Under the pieces are notes generated by a model that was given only the letters and a program-made list of their open reading frames with translations, did not search any database and was not told the DNA's origin. A program made the translations under genes and the position numbers. Positions 10,813-23,599 of a stretch of 27,588 nt of DNA are shown here, piece by piece. Every line of letters begins with the position of its first letter. Position 1 is the first letter of the stretch. The stretch is taken from assembly GCA_004022145.1 (NCBI GenBank), contig RCNU01000040.1, one strand, 5' to 3'. This stretch comes from Paecilomyces variotii (taxonomy: Eukaryota).

Positions 10813-13800
10813 AAGGAGAACTAACTCTAAGGGCCTATTTCCCTTAAAATAGGCCTAAATAGAATATTAATATAGTTTTATTAAATAATCTAAATATTAT
10901 ATACATTTAAGTATTATTATCTTATATCTTAATATTTAGTAAAATTAAAGTATTAGTTTTAGTAATAGTATTATTAGCTATAGAGAGTATTATAATATTA
11001 ATAGTATTAATTAATAATAATATAAATGTAAATTATATTAATATAATAATAATAAGGTAAATTAAAGGAATTTATCTAACTTTAAGATTAATATTATTAC
11101 TAAGCATTTAAGATATTAATAATATATAACTAATAAAACTAATAAAGTATTATTTTAAACTATATTATATAATCTTAAATAAGAAAATAAAACTCTATAT
11201 ATTTAAAGTATTACTAATAATATTTAATATAATTCTTAGTTTACTATAGTTAATAGCTATAAATCTATTAATTAATTAGAAGAAAAGAAATATATTAGAG
11301 CGACTAGCTAAGCAGTAAAAGATTCTTAAAGTAAGATATATAATAGAAATTAAAGAGGAAATAAAGGATAATACTAAAGAAGGTTTTATATCTATATTTT
11401 ACTTAGGCTTATTTATAGCAGCAATAAACTTAAAGGATAAAGAAGACTTAGTTACTATTAAAATACTGCAGGAGTATATAGATTTAATGCGAGTATTTAG
11501 TAAAGAAGAGGTTAAATACCTATCTCTATAAAGACTAGATATTAATTATAAGATTAACCTTATTAAAGGAGCAATACTTTTATACAGACTATACTATTAT
11601 TTATTAGAATATAAATTAGAATTATTTAATAAGTTTTTAGATAAGGGTTTAGAATAGGGGTATATTTAGCCCTTTAATATATTATGCGCCTTACTATTAT
11701 TATTTATACTTAAATAACCTAGAGTTTTATAGCTTTATATAGACTTTAAGGCTATTAATAAAAGGATAATTAAGAATAGATACCTAGTTCCGATAATAAA
11801 TAACTTATTCTTAAGGCTATAAAATATAGTTATTTTTATCTATTTAAACCTCTGCTTAATATATTATCTAATCTGTATAGCGGAGGGATATAAGTAAAAA
11901 ATAGCCTTTTATATTAAATATAGTTTATTTAAGTAATAAGTAATACTATTTAGTCTCTGCAATACCCTAGTAATATTTCAGATATTTATAGATATAGTAC
12001 TTAAATAGCATATTAATAAATATTATATAGTTTATTTAAATAATATATTTATCTTTAGCTATAATAGGAAGCTTTATATTTAATATATAAGAATAATTCT
12101 TTAGAGCTTATTAGATAATAGTCTATTTTATAAATTAGAGAAATATAAATTCTCTATCTTTAGAGTTATATTCCTAGGATTTATAATTATGCCTTAAGAA
12201 GTAGTAATAAATAAACAGTAAATAGATATTATTACTGCCTAGCCTATTCTAATATTAATAGTAAGTTTAATCTAGTTCTTTAATTTCTATAATTTCTATT
12301 ATTAGTTTATTAAATATTATAGTTAAATTATTCTTCTATTAACCTAACTTATAAAATATAATATATTATTTATATAGGGAGAAGAAGCCTAGATAAGCTT
12401 CTAAGTATTTAAGAAGTATTTTATAGAGGCCCTATTATTAAGGCATTTTAATCTAAATAAACTATATATATTAAAAATAAATACTAGTAATTTTACTAGA
12501 TTAATAATATTAAGCTAAGTATTTAAAGATAGAGTATAATATCTTATTATATTTTATAGTATAAAGTTTATAAATATAGAGTTATACTGGCTAATATATA
12601 AGTAGGAATTATTTACTATTATTAATACTTTTAAAGTCTAGAGATATTTTTTAATTAAAATAGCTAAACTAGTTAAAGTAATTATAGACTATAATAATCT
12701 GAAATATTTCTTAATAATATAGATCTTATCTAGGAAATAAGCTAAATAAGTAAAATATCTTTTATAATTTTATTTTTATATTAGATATAGGCCCGGGAAG
12801 TATAACCTTACTAATAGCCTATTATATTAAAATAACTATAAATCCTAATAAATACTAGAGAATATATTAGCTTAACTTTTTTAAATTAAAGTAATATAAT
12901 ATATAGAGAGATATTATTACTCTAGAATATTATTATAAGATTTATCTTTAGATTAAGATTAAGGACTAAATATACTCTTATAGGATCGAATTAAACAAAG
13001 TTATATAGAGGAGATAAAGATAATAATATATATCTAGCTAGATATTTATTAGGATAAGAATAATAGTATTTTCTACTATAATTATATTAAAGTATATATT
13101 TTTATAAAAGAACTTTAACTACTTATTTTTTATAAATTTTATAATTTAAGAGTAAGAAGTTATTAGAGTAAGGAAACTATAATTAAGAGAATTAGAAGAT
13201 AAGTATTTTAGCCTAGTTTAGTATTTATAGTAGCGGACTATATTTAAAGTTATCTAGTATACTAGAGAGTAAAGCTAACGCAGATATATTATAAGATTCT
13301 AATAGTACTACTAATATTTAATAGATTATAGGATTATATAGTAATAGATTTTATTTTAAGACTTTCTAAGAGTATAAATAGTTTTAAGTTAAATTATTTT
13401 ATAATCTTAATATTTATTAATTAGTTTAGTAAAATAGGCTATTTTATAGTATATGCTGCAGAAACTAATATAAAAACCTTTATATAGCTTTATATTAAGA
13501 ATATATTTTATCTTTATAATATATAGAGATCTATTATCTTAGACAGAGACTTATTATTTATATTAAGTTTTTAAATAATATTAGCTAAGGCCCTTAATAT
13601 AAACTACTAACTATTTATAATATTTTATTCTTAAATAAATAGAGTAATAAAATATTTAAATTAAATACTAGAATAATATCTAAGAATATTTACTAATTAG
13701 TAATAAAATAACTAGGCTTACCTATTAGTAATTATAGAATATACTTATAATAACTTTTATTAGGCGGTAATAGAGATATCTCTATTCTTTATCTATTATA

Positions 13801-14440
13801 GCTAGTATTTAAAACTGCTAAATTTAATTAAAGTCCCTATTAATAGAGATACTAATATAATATAATTTATATAAGATATTTAGAAGCTATATAGAGAACT
13901 TATTAAATATCTTTTATTACTTTAAGATTAAATATTAAAAAAGTTTTTAAATAAACTAATAGATTTTAAAATTAATAATAAAGTCCTCCTTAATATTAAA
14001 TACTTATATATAAATAGACTTAGTAAGAAGCTTAATAATAAATATTAAGGTCTATTTAAGGTCTTAGCTAAAGTTAGCCCTTAAACCTATTGCTTAAAAT
14101 TACCTCTTTTATATTAAATATATTTAGTTTTCTATATATTCTTATTATCCCTATAAAAACAGAATAAATTATATATAGACCTAAAACCTAAACTGCTAGT
14201 TTAAGTCTTAGATAATATAAGATAGTATAATAAATAAGAAGTTAAAGAAATATTTAATATTAAGGGCCGCGATAAAATATTAAAATATCTTATTAAGTAA
14301 TATAATTATAGATATTAAGAGAATATATAGGAGCTATCTAGATATATTAAAAATATACTTAAAATAATATAATAATATTAGATATTAGTAAGAAAGCTAG
14401 CCTATATATTAAAGGCAGTGCGATATTTTTATACTAAGTA
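10806..14440 (+). pseudogene. pol: Element B Pol (PR-RT-RNase H-IN-chromodomain), RIP-inactivated
   Basis: Frame -1 to gag: LINNN (LIDSG) about 11007-11021; NIILSLL*L (DIILGLPWL) about 11225-11255; YIDFKAINKRIIKNRYLVP about 11735-11795; YLNN 12033-12044; LKINTSN (LETDASD) about 12471; IDYNNLKYF; YRPGK about 12786; HHCC remnant 13140-13265; SIILDRD about 13530; GLFKV about 14050; chromodomain EVKEIFNIKGRDKILKYLIK*YNY...NI*EL about 14238-14340. Confidence 0.95.
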
Positions 14441-15880
14441 CCTCTTTATACTAAATTTAATACTAAATAGTTAAAGATAAAGGCTAAATAATAGAACTTA
14501 CTATTTAGGGCTAAAGCTAAATAGAGAAATTTACTATTTAAAGCTATATATTATATATACTAGAACTTAGTAAACTAAGTAATTCTTCTACTATTTAAAG
14601 TAAGGCATTAAATAAGATAAGACTATATACTAGTAATATAAATATAGATAAGCTAATTAAGTTATTTTATTCTATCTCCTTAAGCTAATAAATAAGTTAA
14701 GTTAACTATTTAGATTTATATTAAGAAATTATTTATAAACTAATAAATAAGGTTTAAGAAATAATCTAGAGTAAATATTAATTATTCTTATTAGTTATTA
14801 GTAATAAAATAATATAAAAGTTAGAAGTCTTATATTAACTATAACTTAGAATAAACTATTATATTTAAATAATTAAGAATTTAACTCTTTAATATCTAAG
14901 CAACCTTTTAAATAATTAAAAATACTCTTAAATAATTAAATATCTAAAGCCTTTTTAGCTTTAAGCTTATATATTATTAAGATATATGCATTACTTAATA
15001 TAAATATTAAATATATATTAAATAAATTAATAATAAATATAGATAATATTATTAAATTAAAAGATAATAACTCTCTAGTAAAAGAGAGAATATTATTTAA
15101 TCTATTTCTTAAGTTCTCTTAAAAGATATAGAAGGCTGCTAAATATATAATTAAAAAATTACTAGATAATATTATAATCTTAAAGGAGTTATTAAAGAAA
15201 TATATATTATTTATAGCTTTTTATATATATGCTAATAAATAATAGGGTCTAAAATAAATTATTAAAGATACTATATAAAAAGAACTGCTATTACTTCTTA
15301 ATAGAGAGTAAATATCTTTTATATATTTAATATAATTATTACTATTAAAGAAATTAGAGTTTTATTATTAAGTAAAAGTAGAGTATATTTTAAAGAACTA
15401 TCTTATTAATATTAAATGCCTTAAAGTATAATAAAAGAGAAAGGACCTAGTAATTTAAAGAGATAACCTAATACCTCTTAAACTAAGAATATTAGTATAT
15501 AAGAAAATAAGTAATAATATTTACCTCTAAATTATAAAAGGAGCCCTTAAGCTCTATATATACTAATTTATAATAGATAGGGTCAGATCATTCTGCTAGT
15601 AAATATTATAAAGAAAGAGAATATTATTAATATTATAATTAAATTAGCGCTTATAAATAATAATAAGGAGCTATATTATATTATAATATATAATCTAGAA
15701 TAATAAGTTTTTATAGTTAAAACTAGACTATACCTAGAAATAAGAGAAGATAATCTTAGCTTAAATATAAGCAGATTGCTTTTTATAATTCTAGATATTA
15801 AAATATTAAATATATTAAACTTTATATAAGTAATTTTAAGAAAGCTAAATATTTAGCCTATAAATCTTAAACCTTATAAT
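14441..15880 (+). pseudogene. Extra coding-like region downstream of the chromodomain in element B, 5' part (unknown function)
   Basis: The pol frame stays protein-like, with 60 stop-free codons from 14940 and ...FNLFLKFS*KI*KAAKY...KELLLLLNRE. Probable 1-nt frameshift near 15590. Contains a 33-bp tandem duplication at 14480-14545. Confidence 0.55.
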
Positions 15881-16117
15881 TATTAAAGTATAGGCTTAAG
15901 AAGCAGGTTAGAATAAATAAAATAAGGTAATTAATACTAGGACTAGCTATAAGATCTTTATTTAACTAATTTAAACTAAAATAAGCTATTATAGGTAAGC
16001 TTAGTAAATAAAATATAGCTTAAAGAGCTTAAATTTAGATTAAGCTATATATTAAAGATATCTTTATAAGATTATATAACTCCTTATATAATTCTCTATA
16101 CTAGCACTATAATAATA
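15881..16117 (-). repeat. 3' LTR of element C
   Basis: Direct repeat of 21551-21787 with 26 transitions and no indels; directly preceded on the minus strand by the PPT. Confidence 0.95.
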
Positions 16118-16128
16118 CTCCCCTTCTT
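16118..16128 (-). promoter_or_regulatory. Polypurine tract of element C
   Basis: Minus strand AAGAAGGGGAG immediately before the 3' LTR. Confidence 0.85.
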
Positions 16129-19100
16129 AAGGTTAAGCTTTATTAAGACTATTTCTAGGCTTTAGCTTATTTAAATAGCGGTAATAAAAGTTTATAATAA
16201 TCTCCTAAGTATATTACAGATAATATATAAATTCTTTAATTAGGTTATTATAATCTAATTACTTAATAGTATACTATAGTTAAAGGCCTTTATACTTATA
16301 GCATTCTTATTAGGAGTTTAAGATATCTTTAATAACTTATTCTTTAAGGCTATTAACTTCTATAGGCAGTAATAAAGATTATTTTTATTTAGGCATAGGG
16401 TCTTTAATAATAGAGTAGAATAGGCTAATATTAAATATAGGATAAATATATATTAAGGTAGGTAAGTTAAGCTAGTAAATATATAAGCTAATAACTTTAA
16501 TAATATAAAATAGACTAAGATTCTTCTAATTAAATTTCTTCTAAAAGTATTAAGTATAAATATTCTAAGTATTTAATTAAATAGATTATTCTATATAATA
16601 GTAATAGGCTAGGGTTTAGTAATAATTAATCTACTCTTTATAATAGGCTTAAATAATATAAATCTAAATATAGATATAATCTATAATATTTTATATCTTC
16701 TTAATAAAGGCTTTAGCATCTCTAATAATAGGCTAGTTTATAGGCTAAATAGGCTTAAATCTTATATATAGATAGAACCTATAATTAGTAAAGAAAAGTA
16801 ATACTCTAATAATTTTAAAATAATAAGAGTTTAATATAAACTTAGCTAGAAATAGCTAATTAACTTAATTATCTTATAAATAATTAATATAAGTATATAG
16901 ATATTATTCTAAGATAATATTTATTCTCTTAGTTTAATTATTAATCTTAAGATAATAAATAGTAAATAATAGGTTTATAATATTTAAGCATTAAATTAAG
17001 TATTTCTAGAAAGCAGTAATAAACTAAGGGCCTTAATTAAATATTATAATCTTTAATAACCTATAAAACTTCTATATATAGCAGATATATAATTATATTA
17101 CTTCTTTAATATTATAAATAGCTTAGTAAGGAATAAAGTACCTTATTTTTATAAGTTAATCTATAATAACTAATATAGTATTATAACTTTAGCAAGGTAT
17201 AAGTCTAATAATAAAATCTATTAAGATATCTTACTAAAAGTATTTAGGGATAAAAAGCTAGTATAAGACTCTTTAGCAGCCTTTATTTAAGAGTATAATA
17301 TAATAGCAAGTATAGTAATTCTGGGTCTAATAATTTATATATTAATATATATTTAGCTAATAATACTCTTATAAGATTAAATTATAAAGCTTATATTTTT
17401 TAGGGTATTTAAATATATACTTATTATAGTATTCTTATAATAAGCGGGCTCTTAATTTATTATAATTAGAAATATATAGGCAGTCTCTATAGTATAAATA
17501 TCTTTTTCTTTATTAATAATTAACTAGTATAATCTTAAAATAATAGTTAGCTTTATAATCTAAGGCTTATAAAATAGACTATATTAAATTATTAGATAAA
17601 TAAGCTATATCTAATAGATCTTTAATACTAGATAAATATTTTAGTTTATTAAGTATAGTAAGAGAACTTAACTAATCTTATTTAATAAGCTAAGCTACTT
17701 TTTTAATAAGCTAAATAATCTCTTTAGTAAACTAGATTATCTTATTAACAGATTAAATAATCTTAATAAACTAATTAAGCAGTAGGATAGATTAGATAAA
17801 TTCTTTAAGCTAAATAAATTAATTTCTTAGAGTAAATTAGGTAAATATTTCTATAGATTTAGTAAAATTTTTAATTTCTTAAGCTATTAGATTAGTAAAG
17901 TAGATATACTTTACTATTTAACTCTTAATAATAGCTTTTAGTTTTAGGGATCTTTAAATCTATAGATTAAGGTTCTTTTTTTTTAAAACTATCTAGCTCT
18001 AATATTATAACTATTTATCTCTTTTTTTAGAAAAATCCTCTAATCTCCTAATTAAGATATTAGACTTTACTTCTTACTTTCTAAGTTAATATATAATTTA
18101 AAAGTTAAACTAAGATAAGAACTTAGACTAATAAGCCTATTGCTAGTTTAATAGCTTAGTTAATATAAAGTATTTTAAATTATAATAATCTATAATAATT
18201 TTAATTAGTAATAGTATATCTTTAAGCTTAAGATATTACTTTTTAAAGTAATAAATAATTACTAGCAGTTCTTTATTATAAATCTTATAATTATACTTTA
18301 TAATAAAGAGCTTTTTTAAGAAAAATATAATAAAATACAGGATTCCTTTATTATTATATTAAGATATAACTCTAGCTAATATATAGTTAGATAAATTAGT
18401 TTTAACTATAACCTCGCAGGTTTAATTAAATAGCTTTAAGATTAGGGCTTAAATAAATATTTCTTTTAAGGCTTTAAAACTAGACTAATAGATAAGTATT
18501 TAATTAAAGGGAATTCCCTTCTAGGTTAAATTTATAAGCAGTATAATTATCTTAAAAAAGTTATAAATAAATTAATAGTAAAAGTTGCTAAACTTAATAA
18601 AGGCTTATATATTAATTATATAAGTTAGGGTCCTCTATTTAGCAATTATTTTTATCTTATTTAAATCTATTTTAATATAGTCTTAGCTAATAATAATATT
18701 TAAGAACTTAGTCTTAGAGATAATAAACTTATACTTCTAAATCTTTATATATAGGCTTACTTTATATAGCTTTTATAGAATAGTGCAGATATATTAAATA
18801 TATTTAGAATAAGTTATATTATATATTAAGATATTATTAAGATATGCAGTATAAAAGATATTAAGGTAATCTTATAGAGTATTATTAATAAACTATTAAA
18901 ATATTACTAGTACTTTTATTAAGCTAAATAATATTACTAGTAATTTAAATAAGCTAAATTAAGTATAGAAGGTAGTTAGATATTCTTATCCTTTCTTAAT
19001 ATAAAGATTATTAAATATAGAAATAATATTAATCTTTATAAAGTACTTTATTTTTTTTAAGTTATTTAGGGTCTCTTTAATTAAAGATAGAGAATATTAG

Positions 19101-20150
19101 TCTTTAATAATTATTACATTTAGAGCTTAGTAATCTATGCAGATTTATATCTCTTTATTAGGCTTTTTAATAAATAGAATTAAAGATATAGTAGGTAATA
19201 AGCTTAAGCAGATAAATTCCTTTCTTAGATTTTTTTTAATTTATTCTTTTAAGACCTTTAATTTATCTTAAGATATAGTATATAAGAGTTTAAAAGGGAG
19301 TAACTTCTTCTCTAATAATTTAATATTATAATTATAAGAATAATATAATAGTAAGTATTTAGCCTTCTTAAAAGAAAAGATATTAGTATAATTTTTAAAC
19401 TCTTTAAGCAGCAAGCGGGTAAAGTCTTTTTTTTAAACTTATTTAATCCTTAGAGTAGTATCTAAGTCCTCTAAGATAATTATAAATATTTAAATATTTT
19501 TTTAGGCATAGGTAGAATAAGCGGCTAAAGAAATAAAGGCTATATTTCTCTCTTTTAGTCTTTTAAGTCTTAAGAGTAAATATTAGGGTAAAGCCTTTAG
19601 AAGAATATTATATAGAATAAGTATTTTAATTAATTTTAAGAGTATATTATAATTTTTTTAATAATAATTATTATTAAAAATAATATTATAAATAGTAAAT
19701 TATAAATGCGGGTTATAATACTTTAATTAGAAGAGTCTTAAAATAATAGAATAGTATATTAATTAGATAATATAAAACTTAATATCTTTTTTAAAGTAAT
19801 CCTTAATTCTTATATTTATCTAGATATAATATATAATCTTCCTATCTTCTAATTCTCTTTTATTAAATATATATAGGATAATTAGGCTTTTTAGGGAGAT
19901 AGGCTTTAACTTCTAGTCTTTAGCTTATTCTTAGTCTATAAATTCTTATTTTTTAGCTCTAATATTAAGCAAGGCATAAATTAATAAATAAATCTTTTTC
20001 TTCTTCTTCTCTAATATTATAAATAGTATTATTAATTTTAATTATTATAGATATTTTTTAAGGTTAATTTTATAAATAATAGCAGCGGAGATTTAGATAA
20101 TATATAGTTTTTAAGCCTAGCTATAATTTACTCTAGGCTTATTCCTTTTA
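16127..20150 (-). pseudogene. pol: Element C Pol (PR-RT-RNase H-IN-chromodomain), RIP-inactivated with a few small indels
   Basis: YALLNIRA (LDTGA) about 19955-19978; ICIDY*ALN about 19115-19145; AYLNNILIY with YLDD at 18833-18844; KTNLSNY (ETDSSDY) about 18390; NYKIYNKELL about 18265-18295; HHCC about 17300-17430; chromodomain E*VIKDILNS**E...L*YTIK*LDY...IINFYYRYLNKLKP about 16160-16345, resembling the MAGGY chromodomain as I recall it (DS.WE.RGRGG.RL.Y.V.W...NFH.RYP.KPGP). Confidence 0.93.
17665..17780. repeat. Degenerate about 21-bp tandem repeat in the RNase H-integrase linker of element C
   Basis: Units aagctaagctacttttttaat / aagctaaataatctctttagt / aaactagattatcttattaac. Confidence 0.55.
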
Positions 20151-21516
20151 TTAAAGACTAGCTAGGGGATAGATTATATAAGTTTAAAAACTAAATTACT
20201 TAAGGAGTTTAAAGGCGGGGTTTATATATAGTTATAATCTAGATCTTCTAATAATTATCTAAGTATAAGTAATCTCTAATATAATATTCTAGGGAGCTAT
20301 ATTAGAAATAGGTGCTAGTTTTATAGTATAATAAGCTATATTCTCTCTTGCTTAGGCATTTAGAAGTGCTTAAATCTATTAGATTATATAGTTATACTAA
20401 GGCTAGTTTACTTTTTTATATAAAACTTTTCTAAGGCTAACTATTATATCTTACAGCTAGAGTAAGACTTAGAATAAGTAAAGGGGACTAAATATACTAA
20501 ATAAATCTTAAAATAATAGTATAGGTTTTTATAGTAAAAGGCTAGTTTATAATATATTAATAATAGTAGTTCTTAAAATCTTATAAGAACTTAGTAAATT
20601 AATAATATTTATAACTTAAGGGCTAGCTATATAATAGTATTTCTTAGAGTTTTTAGCTAATAACTTGCTTTAGTAAAATAGATAATATTTCTTTAGATAT
20701 TTTTCTTTCTAATATTAAGCGCTAGAATTTAATAAAAAAGATTTTAAATTCCTTATTAATTTAATAGAGATTAAATAGTTTATTATATATATTGTTTATA
20801 TAATTAAAGTTATTAAATATATATTCTAAGATATCTAAAATCTTTTAGTAATTACTAAGAATATAGGTTCTATCTCTAATATATAGTAATATTTAAGTAT
20901 AAGATACATCTTTTAAGCAATTAATTATATAAGCTATATAGCTCTAAAGAGTTAGAAATCTATTTTAATTAATTATTATCTTCCTTTAAATCTAAGTTAT
21001 AAAGCGCTAAAGGTCCTTTTAGTTACCTTTAAATTTATTTAAATTAAGGAGTCTTTTTAAAAGTCTAGGGGCGAAGGAAGATATAATAGTAAATATTTTA
21101 GATATTTTTATTAAAGCAGCTATAGGCCTTTTAATATTAGGCTTAAGTTTAAATATAAATAAAGATATATTTATAGTAAGTATAACTATATAATAGGCTT
21201 AGTCTCTTTTAAGAATAGTCTAAATATACTACTATTCTTTTTCCTAGAACTAGATTTTTTAATATTATTAAATAGCCTTAAGTTTAATAATTTCTTATTT
21301 AAATCTTTATTAAATAATAGTAAATTTTTGCTAAAGCTTTTAAAAGTATATTTTAGCTTAATAACTTATCTTATTTACAGCAGTTTTAGCTTTACTAATA
21401 TATTTATATATTAGGCGATAATACTTATATTATTCTAGCCTATAGCTAGTAGTAATATATTTAATAAACTTATCTAGGGCAGTTAGTAAGAATAAGAGAA
21501 TTAAGGTAAATATTAT
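20128..21516 (-). pseudogene. gag: Element C Gag, RIP-inactivated
   Basis: N-terminus IIFTLILLFLLTALDKFIKY...E*YKYYR; IDLS (MDLS) about 20370; zinc-knuckle remnant TYF*YSSLE...RDYLY about 20265-20315 with a 2-nt deletion relative to copy F. Confidence 0.8.
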
Positions 21517-21550
21517 TAATAATATTAACTTTTAAGTAAAAGCTATATAG

Positions 21551-21787
21551 TATTAAGATATAGGCTTAGAGAGCAGATTAAAATAAATAGAATAAGATAA
21601 TTAATACTAGGACTAGCTATAAGATCTCTATCTAGCTAATTTAAACTAGAATAAGCTATTATAAGTAGGCTTAATAAATAAAATATAGCTTAAGAAGCTT
21701 AAATTTAGATTAAGCTATACGCTAAAGATATCTTTGCGAGATTATATAACTCCTTATATAATCCTCTATGCTAGCACTATAATAATA
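21551..21787 (-). repeat. 5' LTR of element C
   Basis: Direct repeat of 15881-16117, upstream of gag on the minus strand. Confidence 0.95.
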
Positions 21788-21792
21788 ATAAT

Positions 21793-22440
21793 TTATATAA
21801 TAAACTAGATAATATAATAATTATAATTAATCTAGAGTATAATCTATATAATAAGTATAATTAAGATTATTTTAAAGCCTATAATAATTATAAATAGGAC
21901 TATTTTAATAAGTATAGTTTTAAAGCCTATAATAACTATAAATAGAATTATTTTAATAAGTATAGTTCTAAAACCTAAGACTTAAGCTAAACTACTCTTT
22001 AAGGGTTAGAAGTCTAATTAAAAAGCAGTAAATAAATAAGTAAAGAATAGATAAATAGTAATATAATTATATTATAAGTTATTAGTTAGAGATTAAGAAT
22101 TTAACTAAGGAGTAAAGAATAAATTAGTAAAGAATAAATAAATAGTATTATAACTATAATATAACTTATTAATCCTTTATTAAAGCTTTTAGCAATTATA
22201 TAACTTAAGATTAAAAAAAATTTAGTTAAAATAAAAGTAAGATTAGCTAAAATAATTAATCTTATATTAAATAATAATACTAATAATTATAAGATTAAAA
22301 GATATTATATAATGCTTAATTTAATAATTACTATTAGTAAGCCTTAGTATAAAGTAATTAAATTAAAGGGTATTAATTATAATAATACTTACTATATTTT
22401 ACAAAATATATTATATTAATATTATATACTATTTTCTTTT
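21793..22440 (+). pseudogene. Extra coding-like region of element B, 3' part (continues across the element C insertion; end approximate)
   Basis: Removing C plus one TSD joins ...PINLKPYN|LYNKLDNII... in frame. Includes an in-frame 48-bp repeat. Confidence 0.5.
21870..21976 (+). repeat. 48-bp tandem repeat (2 copies plus a partial)
   Basis: ttttaaagcctataataa(t/c)tataaatag(gac/aat)tattttaataagtatag at 21870 and 21918; 16 codons per unit. Confidence 0.9.
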
Positions 22441-22465
22441 TAAGTATATTAATAATAATAATTTT

Positions 22466-22588
22466 TTATTTATTTTTTAAGGTTTAATAGACTTTATTTT
22501 AAGCTTACTAATTTTACTAAGGTTATTAATTATATTCTTTCTTATTTATTTTTAGGGTTTAATAGACCTTATTATAATCTTACTAATT
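22466..22588. repeat. About 47-bp direct repeat in the 3' untranslated region of element B
   Basis: ttattt...ggtttaatagac(t/c)ttatt...cttactaatt at about 22466-22513 and 22542-22588. Confidence 0.75.
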
Positions 22589-22833
22589 AGTTTATTTTCT
22601 TAACTAATTAATTATATTTTTATAAAGTTAGCCTTTCTTATTATTATTTATTTCTGCTTACTTTAATTATAATAATCTATAAGATATTATAATATAGTAT
22701 AATATTTCTTTATTTTTAATACTTTGCAATAAGCTATAATAGGCTATAATATTTAACAGCGAACTATAATATTTAGTAATATATTATAGTTTTAGCTTTA
22801 ACTTCTAAGACTTTATATAGACTTAAGTCCTTT

Positions 22834-22844
22834 AAGAGAGGAGG
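22834..22844 (+). promoter_or_regulatory. Polypurine tract of element B
   Basis: AAGAGAGGAGG, 4 nt before the 3' LTR. Confidence 0.85.
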
Positions 22845-22848
22845 TAAA

Positions 22849-22981
22849 TATTATAAATAATAACCCCCAGATCTTAAGAGTTATATAACCTACCAGTTAT
22901 ATAATACTTAATATACTTAAATATCTCTAATCTTTAGATCTCTTCTAATCCTTAATAAGAAAACCTTTAATTATCGCATTA
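22849..22981 (+). repeat. 3' LTR of element B
   Basis: Direct repeat of 8959-9091, follows the PPT. Confidence 0.9.
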
Positions 22982-23599
22982 ATTATTGCTAATATTATTA
23001 TTTTTAAATTTCTTCTCCTTTTTACTTTACTTTAATATAGATATATTAAAATTATTAAATCCTTTATTATAATTTTAAAATTATATTATTTATATTCTTA
23101 TAAAAATCTATAAGACTTCTTTATCTTTAAATATTAATATTTAAGATATAAATTTTAATTATAATTCTATTAAATAATATAAGCCTTAATCTAAAGCTAA
23201 TACTCTTAACTTAACTAAACTTAAGATAATAAGATATAATTAAAGAAAGGCTATTATCTATTTAACTCTTTTAAAATAAATTTAAATTTTTAAATTTTAA
23301 TAAAATAAAATAAAGTTTATAAAATAGTAGTCTAAGTTTTAATAAATAAAAATAAAGACTTAATTATATATATAATAATACTATTAAAAAGTTATAGATA
23401 GTATTTTTAATATCTTTTATATATAATATTTATATACTCTATATTTTTTTAATATTTTTATAAAGAAAAAAATAATACTAGCTTAATAATTATCTATATA
23501 AAAAGGGCTATATACTAATTTAAAGATAAGACTTAAAAAAATAATAATATTTAAAATATATTAATTATAAAGATAAGAACTAAGTAATTAATATAAACT

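Larger units (their letters stand above)
15881..21787 (-). mobile_element. Element C: full-length MAGGY-like chromovirus (5907 bp) nested in element B
   Basis: 237-bp LTRs, exact 5-bp TSD ATAAT (15876-15880 and 21788-21792), PPT and complete gag-pol remnants. Confidence 0.95.
8959..22981 (+). mobile_element. Element B: Ty3/Gypsy chromovirus with nested element C (about 8.1 kb without C)
   Basis: Paired 133-bp LTRs, candidate TSD ATTAT (8954-8958 and 22982-22986), PPT before the 3' LTR, and Gag-PR-RT-RH-IN-chromodomain order. Confidence 0.92.

Noticed and set aside
15096-15140. 2EXR-like motif (FNLFLKFS*KI*KAA) in B's extra ORF
   Set aside because: About four residues shorter than the motif as I recall it and dependent on RIP reversal; not supportable without a profile search.
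15881-21787. Element C as Ty1/Copia, suggested by its TGTT-like ends
   Set aside because: Domain order is PR-RT-RH-IN-chromodomain, which is Gypsy.
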